Assembly (NCBI GenBank): GCA_963723995.1
Contig: CAVRSZ010000001.1
Span: 1,581,410-1,645,409 of the forward strand
From: an uncultured Acidimicrobiales bacterium
GTDB lineage: Bacteria; Actinomycetota; Acidimicrobiia; Acidimicrobiales; SZUA-35
DNA length: 64,000 nt
Direction of reading: 5' to 3'
The translations under genes were made by a program, and so were the position numbers. A model generated the notes under the pieces. It did no database searches and was not told the origin of the DNA. It saw only the letters and a list, made by a program, of their open reading frames with translations. Below are positions 33,801 to 38,855 of this stretch, one piece after another (position 1 is the first letter of the stretch; each line of letters starts with the position of its first letter).

Positions 33801-33899
33801 CAGGGACACCACGGGAACGAACCGTCCATGACCGATGAGGGCTGGAATACCCGTCCTCACCACGGCGGGTCGGGCCGGGCTGAAGCGTTCCACGTTCAC
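30879..33899 (-). CDS. Fusion protein: SipW/archaeal-type signal peptidase I - polytopic membrane domain - GAF-like - GGDEF - EAL
   Basis: 1006 codons, with a GTGA overlap with the upstream gene. SPase boxes: VVIVSGSMAPVLRPGDVV, GDIITHRV, TKGDANPTPD. About 6-7 hydrophobic helices span aa ~140-365. The GGDEF domain reads RLGGDEFTVLL (nt 31983..32000). The EAL domain carries EVLLRW, AINASP, ELSE, DDFGEG, KLDR, EGVETE and QGYG. Confidence 0.8.
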   Translation of the reverse strand: MNVERFSPARPAVVRTGIPALIGHGRFVPVVSLISWIYLYLAGMLGLWVVIVTLGAGWNPVVIVSGSMAPVLRPGDVVMIEDRPDELLGQRSVITFDRDGDIITHRVFEVLEEKEAYVTKGDANPTPDTDLVPAASVIGAARLVIPLIGLPAVWLGRADLVSLGAFAVLSLAAIGIAVRDLSSRKRRIKALLNERTSTLADQAVRRVRILIAVMITGQYAIDGSRFVIEAVNIGPAQLLALSLLWLAGTNVVSGRLDQVGESQWVGLFQLVADTLLVVLLTTATGGSGIGWVLTALPIVEAAVRYRLAGALVHWMLMAVLTILGRVWILNSIDSPSNQLIGELEQLLDQMSVLLLVVIPGAFLAEQLLGDVILQRRATVDAVARGRLLENVAELGFEVTRIGTALFETLTKSAASLGFDVVDAWARTPTGGWTRIEVSEELYARHLPQPGQPASGLRMVDLPHPEVLVDGSDGDGQEVEGLFEAGLDALVRITLSTDETLIVLRGANFVGRPFDAGPVEALRLLCGQATVALQNRDLVNELKDLHSELEHQALHDALTRLPNRAYFLRELSRELEPEAMAERGPDDMMAVLFLDLNGFKPVNDTLGHDAGDELLKVVATRLQTVADSFGLVARLGGDEFTVLLPRCRGGDASNVASAIHAALAEPIELDQDTVVVGASIGIAFHEDGVDSSEWLRRADAAMYAAKQSSSSRRVSYYHADLDLAEPRRGRLVGEFKRALEHDGLDLVFQPLVSTVGHRIMGAEVLLRWNHPELGALGPGMALQMAEQADLVSELNGWIVHTALGEMSRWPISGERPFTLAINASPAELSSPTLIPNLGDALLLTGVRPSQVVVELSERIVASGDDLEQVVTELVRLGVGLSLDDFGEGRTSLGHLRRLPIRQLKLDRMLVHQACTSDSDRIILNSVVELGHNLGFEVVAEGVETEGHKTAVMAAGADLLQGYGLYRPMTSAELADLLARENIARSARPPIPPAPEAKLAAASTVSPH

Positions 33900-34465
33900 G
33901 GCCTGGCCTCCACGATCAGTGCGAAGTCGGTGTAGCGACCCTCGGCATCGGGGTCATCGAGCAACTCGGCTCGGGCCGCCAGGGTGACTCGGCTTCCCTG
34001 CTCGATTCCCGTTCCCAGAACCAGCCCGTCGGCGTAGCTGCCGTGGGTCTGCCACATCTCGGTCAAGGTGCCGTCCAACGCCGGGTCGGGCGGTGGCCCC
34101 TCGGTCGGACACGGTTCGTCGCTGGTCCACACCTGGAAGCGGATGTAGCGGTCCAGCTCGGTTCCCCCCAATCGACGACCGTGGAGGCGAAGATCGGCTT
34201 CGATCGAACCCCGATAGATCACCTCGACACAGGCGTCGGTGAACGAGCCCGGGTACAGCTCGTCCTCGTTGAACAGCAACTCCACCGCATCCCCGACCTG
34301 GTCGAGTTCGATCGACCCGGCACTGAAGAGTCCCGCGGTCGAGGTCGAGGCCGAGACCTCGGCCTGACTGGTGCGGATGCCGTTGATCACAACGACGCCG
34401 GCGGCCAGCACAACAATGGCGGCCGCCAGCCGACGCCCGGCGGCGAACCAACGTTCCGCCGTCAT
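33896..34465 (-). CDS. TasA/camelysin-like secreted protein (paralogue 1, divergent)
   Basis: 189 aa. The hydrophobic segment LAAAIVVLAAGVVVI is followed by AEVSASTSTAGLFSAGSIELDQ and ELYPGSFTDACVEV. There is an ATGA overlap with the upstream gene. Confidence 0.6.
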   Translation of the reverse strand: MTAERWFAAGRRLAAAIVVLAAGVVVINGIRTSQAEVSASTSTAGLFSAGSIELDQVGDAVELLFNEDELYPGSFTDACVEVIYRGSIEADLRLHGRRLGGTELDRYIRFQVWTSDEPCPTEGPPPDPALDGTLTEMWQTHGSYADGLVLGTGIEQGSRVTLAARAELLDDPDAEGRYTDFALIVEARP

Positions 34466-37400
34466 TGGTCGCCGTCCTGTTCCGCACCGACCGGCGTCTC
34501 CTCGCCCGCTTCGCCGCCACCCGGCGTGGGCCCCTCGACCTCGTTGCCCTCGACCTCGTTCCCGTCGACCTCGCCACCCCCGACCTCGTTCCCGTCGACC
34601 TCGCCACCCCCGACCTCGCTATCCCCGACCTCGCTGCCCTCGACCTCGCTACCCTCGACCTCGTTCCCGTCGACCTCGTTGCCCTCGACCGAGTCGGGGC
34701 TCTCGGTACCCCCCTGGGGGATGCTGGAACCATCTGCCGGGGTCGTGACATCGGCCGCCGTCCCCGGGGTCGCGGCATCACCGACAGCGGCCACGGTCAC
34801 GCCGCCGGCGCCGATGGTGACGAGCTGCCCTGCGCCGACCTCGATCCGCTCGATGGTGAATGCGTCACCGGCGCCGGGAACGGGATCGTCGGGACTTCCG
34901 GCGCCGACCCCGGGGTCGGTCGAACCGGCCGCCGGGGTGATGCGAACGGTGTAGCGACCGGGAACCAGGATCTCGCCGTCAACCGCCGCCCGCCACCGGC
35001 CACCGGGGCCGACCAGCTCGACGGTACCGGCATCGAGACCGGCATCGGTTTCGATTCGCAGCCGGCTCAGAACCAGGGTGGCGTCGTCGGGTATGGGTGC
35101 GACGTGGCGATCGGGCCCCAGGGAGACCTCGATCAGCGCCTCGCCCGACCATGCGGCCACCGTGTCGGGGCGCAGGAATCCGCCGCTACCGTCGCCCTCC
35201 AGCGGTTCCGACCAGGCGTCGGTGTAGACCCGCAGTCGAAGATCGTCCTCGGCCACAAACGGGCCGGCCGATCCGGCGCCGTCGCCCACGTCGTCGTCGA
35301 GAGAGGGAACCAGCACGGTCAGGATGGGAGGGATGGTGGCCGAACCCTGCTCACCGGGCTGAGCCGACGCCGGTCCGGCCACAGGGCCCAGGAACAGGGC
35401 GAGGACGGCGGCCACCGTGGCCACCGCCGCCAGCAGTCTGAGCAAGTTGAGGTCGCTGCGGGAGAAGCCGGTTGACAGATCCTCGGGGTGGGAGTGGGCT
35501 ATCGCCGATTCACCAGCCTGCCACCCGCCGTCCGATCTCGAGTTGTGGAACGATCCCCTTCCGGCCGCATCGTGACCGACCTCGAACGCGTCGTGGGCAC
35601 CGAGGGCACAGTACTCACCGAGGGCACAGTACTCGGTGAGCGCGATCCGGTCGTCGTCGCTCAGCTCCTCGAACTCCATTCCCACCCGCACCAATCCCGA
35701 CTCGTGCCGGGTGGCGGCCCGGACCCGGGCCGTCGTGGCGACGCCGTGCTCGGTGCCGTCGGCCCTCGGTACCGAGAAGCGGATGGAAACGGTCTCGTCC
35801 AGAGCGGGGGCCGATTCGAGCACGGCACCGACGCCGACCGGGGTGACATCCAGGGTGGTTCCCCGCCGGCCGGCCAACGTGATCCCGGCCTCGAGCGGAA
35901 CACGGGGAGCGCGGCGGCGCTGGCGGTGCCATACCAGCGCTCCGAGCACGTCGACCAGGATGTAGGTCGTCGCCAGGGCCACCAGGATGAGCACGGTGCT
36001 GTGCCGACGGGTCATGGCCGGCAACAGCGTGGGGTAGACGGTGTTGAAGGCTCGGGCGGCGAAGGCCACCTCGAAGAAGCTGAAAACCACGACCAGGACC
36101 TGGAGCTGACCCAGTGCGTCGCGACGACCCTGGCTTCGAACACGGTCCCGCCGATCAGGCAGGGGCGACACGGTCGGGGCGAGGGCGGCCAGGTCGGCCC
36201 CCAAGGTTCGCCAGCCGTGACGGGTCCAGTCCCCGAACGACATGATCCCACCCGACAGCAGGCGCCGGGCCGTCATGTTGGCGGCGGCGAAACCAACCAT
36301 GGCCGTCACAACCGTGGTCAACTCGCCCTCAAATGGCAGCCGACCCAGAAGCAGAGCCGCGGCCAGCACCGAAGTGACGGCCAGCTGGCGTATGCCGTAG
36401 GTCAGCGACACCCCGGCGGCCATGGCCGCCCACCGGGCGGTGCGGGTCACACCACGGGTGGTGAAGGCCGCCCCCAGGCTGATCAGGGCCGCCGCGCTGC
36501 GGTCACGGCGAGCCACCAGGTAGGGCTGGAGCGTATCGGGTGCCAGGTCCCGAATGAGGGGCCGCGAATCGTGGCCGGTGGACCAGCCATCCCGATGGAG
36601 GGCGACGGCCCACTCCGGCACCATCCAGTAGGAGGGGGCCTGGTCGACCAGGTCCCTCAGCGCAGCGCGTCGAACCAGCGAAGCCGGGCCCCGCCATGGG
36701 GCAACTCCCCGACTGGCCAGGGCCGGACCGATCAGCTGACGTTCCAGGGCTTCCTCGTCACCACCCCGTTTGAGATGGAACAGCGAGTTGGGATTGAGCA
36801 GACCGACGGCCAGCTGCCGGACGGCAGCACGGTCATCGATCGGCGAGTCGACCACGGCGTCGAACAGTCGGGGCATGGGAACCTGACCCGCCTGCAGCCA
36901 CAACAACCACGCCCCGTCGCCGATGTCGGCCATCGAGGGCAGCGGGCTGACTGCGCTCGAATGGTCGATCCCCAATTCGAGCCGAAGTGCAGTCGTTGAA
37001 TCGAAACGATCGATGACGGTCTGGACATCGGGATCGACCCGGCCGGTCAGCACGGTCGTCGTGCGCTGCCAGCCGGTGACGGCGAGACCGACCATGGTGC
37101 GCTCCAGATCGGTCGCCGTCGACTCGGGACCGACCGTGATCACGACGTCGATCTCATCCCGGTCGATGCGGGAACCGGCGTCGACCGGTCGGCGTTTGGG
37201 CACGACCTGGAATCGAAACAGCAGGAGCTGAACCCACGACCAGATCTCGGCCCACAGCACCGGCAACGACAGGGCCAGGATCCAACCCCGTCCAATGGTG
37301 GTGGTCCGCCAGGCCAGATAACCCAGACCGGCGACGAGCACGACGGCCACGACCAGACGCGTCAGAAGGGTCACATCGACCGGTGCGTCGGGGTCGACCT

Positions 37401-37473
37401 GACGGTGATCGGCGGCCGGGGCCACAAGGCCCGAACGACCGGTGGTCGGTTGATCGGAAGGGGATGCGTGCAC
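34462..37473 (-). CDS. BcsA-like (GT2 fold, catalytic motifs degenerate) membrane protein with PilZ domain and extracellular acidic-repeat C-terminus
   Basis: 1003 codons; GTG start with GAGG 5 nt upstream. The arrangement of TM helices and IDVVITVGPES ... LWLQAGQVP (where DxD is expected) ... ALHRDGWST ... DLAPDTLQPYLVARRDRS (where QxxRW is expected) is collinear with cellulose synthase BcsA as I remember it. PilZ motifs: RRRAPR (RxxxR) and DVTPVG (D-x-S/T-x-x-G), at nt ~35637..35925. A late TM/signal-like segment (LLRLLAAVATVAAVLALFLGPVAGPASA) is followed by ~300 aa ending in EV[EDG]G[NSG] pentapeptide repeats. Confidence 0.65.
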   Translation of the reverse strand: MHASPSDQPTTGRSGLVAPAADHRQVDPDAPVDVTLLTRLVVAVVLVAGLGYLAWRTTTIGRGWILALSLPVLWAEIWSWVQLLLFRFQVVPKRRPVDAGSRIDRDEIDVVITVGPESTATDLERTMVGLAVTGWQRTTTVLTGRVDPDVQTVIDRFDSTTALRLELGIDHSSAVSPLPSMADIGDGAWLLWLQAGQVPMPRLFDAVVDSPIDDRAAVRQLAVGLLNPNSLFHLKRGGDEEALERQLIGPALASRGVAPWRGPASLVRRAALRDLVDQAPSYWMVPEWAVALHRDGWSTGHDSRPLIRDLAPDTLQPYLVARRDRSAAALISLGAAFTTRGVTRTARWAAMAAGVSLTYGIRQLAVTSVLAAALLLGRLPFEGELTTVVTAMVGFAAANMTARRLLSGGIMSFGDWTRHGWRTLGADLAALAPTVSPLPDRRDRVRSQGRRDALGQLQVLVVVFSFFEVAFAARAFNTVYPTLLPAMTRRHSTVLILVALATTYILVDVLGALVWHRQRRRAPRVPLEAGITLAGRRGTTLDVTPVGVGAVLESAPALDETVSIRFSVPRADGTEHGVATTARVRAATRHESGLVRVGMEFEELSDDDRIALTEYCALGEYCALGAHDAFEVGHDAAGRGSFHNSRSDGGWQAGESAIAHSHPEDLSTGFSRSDLNLLRLLAAVATVAAVLALFLGPVAGPASAQPGEQGSATIPPILTVLVPSLDDDVGDGAGSAGPFVAEDDLRLRVYTDAWSEPLEGDGSGGFLRPDTVAAWSGEALIEVSLGPDRHVAPIPDDATLVLSRLRIETDAGLDAGTVELVGPGGRWRAAVDGEILVPGRYTVRITPAAGSTDPGVGAGSPDDPVPGAGDAFTIERIEVGAGQLVTIGAGGVTVAAVGDAATPGTAADVTTPADGSSIPQGGTESPDSVEGNEVDGNEVEGSEVEGSEVGDSEVGGGEVDGNEVGGGEVDGNEVEGNEVEGPTPGGGEAGEETPVGAEQDGDQ
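34531..34690 (-). repeat. About 10.5 tandem copies of a degenerate 15-bp unit (cctcgacctcgttgc-like) encoding EV[EDG]G[NSG] pentapeptides
   Basis: Read directly from the sequence: ...ctcgacctcgttgccctcgacctcgttcccgtcgacctcgccacccccgacctcgttcccgtcgacctcgccacccccgacctcgctatccccgac... Confidence 0.85.
35598..35633 (-). repeat. Perfect 18-bp tandem duplication (caccgagggcacagtact x2), in frame (EYCALG-EYCALG)
   Basis: Read directly from the sequence. It lies immediately C-terminal to the PilZ domain. Confidence 0.95.
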
Positions 37474-37522
37474 GATTGCCTCAGAACTGTTCTCCCTCGA
37501 TCATCGGCACATGGCCGACGCC

Positions 37523-37565
37523 CATTGAGTAGTCACCCGGGTCGGCCGCACTATTTGACTCAATG
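37523..37565. promoter_or_regulatory. 8-bp perfect inverted repeat CATTGAGT-N27-ACTCAATG, 50-90 nt upstream of the operon start
   Basis: Read directly: 37523..37530 and 37558..37565. Confidence 0.25.
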
Positions 37566-37721
37566 ACCGATGACCCTTGGGTAGAACACCTTCCACCGAC
37601 ACTCATGTCGGGGCCGTTCGGCCCATGTTCGTATGGAGCGGGCGACCCCGACCCCGGTTCCGGCGGCGCCGAATCATCGACCGTCGATCGGTGCCGGCGC
37701 CGTGTCGGCCTGTGAGTTTCG

Positions 37722-37794
37722 AGTGGACAACCAGTGGGTTTCTCCACAAAATCTGGGGACATCCAAGAAAGTCTGCGGACAACCCTGGGGATAT
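37722..37794. promoter_or_regulatory. Cluster of five DnaA-box-like 9-mers
   Basis: The five 9-mers are: 37722..37730 rc TTGTCCACT; 37740..37748 TTCTCCACA; 37754..37762 rc ATGTCCCCA; 37774..37782 rc TTGTCCGCA; 37786..37794 rc ATATCCCCA. They match the actinobacterial consensus TTGTCCACA at 7-8 of 9 positions. A TTGACG hexamer follows at 37806..37811. Confidence 0.3.
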
Positions 37795-37989
37795 CGAAAA
37801 AGCCCTTGACGCCCTCTCGGCGGCATGTCACGATGCCTATCACTCAGGTGAACACCAGCCGATCGACGGGGAACGGCGACAGCGAATCGGGTCAAACCGA
37901 GACGAGGTCGACGGGCTCCCGAAGGCGGAAAGGCTCATCTGATAGAGGTGGTTTCCCCTCGACGACCGACGGTCAAGGTTTCGGACTCC

Positions 37990-38385
37990 GGTCCGGAATC
38001 CGATCACGGGCTTCGGCCCGGGATCCGGTGTCAAGCTTCGGCTCGAGATCGGATCGGCGGTTGTCACGGCGCCCCCGCAGGTCTTCGGATCGCTGGGACG
38101 GCGACAGGGAGCGATGCTTCGGCCCAGCGCACTGCTACGGCAAATTGGTCAACCGGTGGCTCCACCGGACGATCACGAACTGTAGCGACGCCCACAAGGC
38201 GGCGTTGGTGAAACAGCGTTCACATATGAGAACTGCCCGCCGGGCTCACGCACGACGGGCAGTGATAAACACTATCGGTACTGACAGTACACCTGAACAG
38301 GTCGATAGTGGTGGATCCACCTCGAACTTGATGGCGCCTCCGGTTCGTCGGCTTCGGCCGACATCTCCGGAGGCGTCAACTTTTT
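37990..38385 (+). ncRNA. Candidate structured RNA (unknown family); boundaries uncertain
   Basis: CTTCGG occurs five times, each time capping a possible stem: 38007..38020 CGGGC-UUCG-GCCCG; 38034..38043; 38080..38091; 38111..38130; 38347..38362 GUCGGC-UUCG-GCCGAC. The region ends in a terminator-like hairpin with a U5 run. It has no protein-like ORF. Confidence 0.2.
38335..38385 (+). terminator. Terminator-like compound hairpin followed by TTTTT
   Basis: The 9-bp outer stem CGCCTCCGG/CCGGAGGCG (38335..38343 / 38367..38375) encloses the 6-bp GTCGGC-ttcg-GCCGAC. A T5 run lies at 38381..38385, 5 nt after the stem. Confidence 0.4.
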
Positions 38386-38820
38386 CCCGAAGCCACCGGG
38401 TATCGGTGAAGGAGATCGTGTCGGGCCACGAGCTAGGGGTGGCCCGGCACGCTCCCCGCGTCACCGGGTCGGGGCGTCCGAACCAACCATGCGACGGCCC
38501 GCAACGGCATCTCGTCCTGCGGCAGATTCGTGCCACAAAGATCTCGATGTGGATCCCCAACACCCTGCCTTGTCGAACCCCGCAGAGTCCGCTGGTTGCT
38601 CGATCATTCAACATTGCGGCACGTCTCAGGAACGTTCGCCCGCAGGCCGAACTTCAGGCCGGCCTCGGCCGGCGGCAGGTGCTCGAGGACTTCGGGTTCA
38701 GGTCCGTGGGCTGGCGATCAGCGAGTCACGCCCACATGAGGACCGTTCCGGCCCAGTACACGCCCCACACTCCATCGGATGTGAACTAATAGATTCACCT
38801 GAAATAGTTGCTAGGAATGC

Positions 38821-38849
38821 TTGTTTATCGAACATGTGTTTGCTATAGT
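38821..38849 (+). promoter_or_regulatory. Sigma-70-type promoter giving a leaderless mRNA for the HNH gene
   Basis: TTGTTT (38821..38826), a 17-nt spacer, then TATAGT (38844..38849). The ATG at 38856 begins 7 nt after the -10 element. The local sequence is AT-rich. Confidence 0.5.
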
Positions 38850-38855
38850 GAAGGC

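Noticed and set aside
34531-34690. Possible CRISPR array or other spacer-repeat structure.
   Set aside because: The 15-bp units are contiguous with no spacers, and they are in frame inside a CDS.
37722-37794. Chromosomal replication origin (oriC).
   Set aside because: No dnaA, dnaN or other origin-linked genes are in the window, and no adjacent AT-rich unwinding element is present (the nearest AT-rich patch is ~1 kb away). It is kept only as a DnaA-box cluster of unknown role.
37474-38855. Known housekeeping RNAs (tmRNA, RNase P RNA, SRP RNA, 6S RNA, tRNA) in the 1.4 kb gap.
   Set aside because: I could not find their hallmark sequences: the tRNA-like GGGG...TTCGA...CCA ends of tmRNA, the GAGGAAAGTCCGG of RNase P, the SRP domain IV motif, or a cloverleaf.
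38808-38855. The ORF-track start of the HNH gene at 38808 (MLGMLVYRTCVCYSEG...).
   Set aside because: These codons lie inside the AT-rich promoter (TTGTTT-17-TATAGT). The ATG at 38856 fits a leaderless start.
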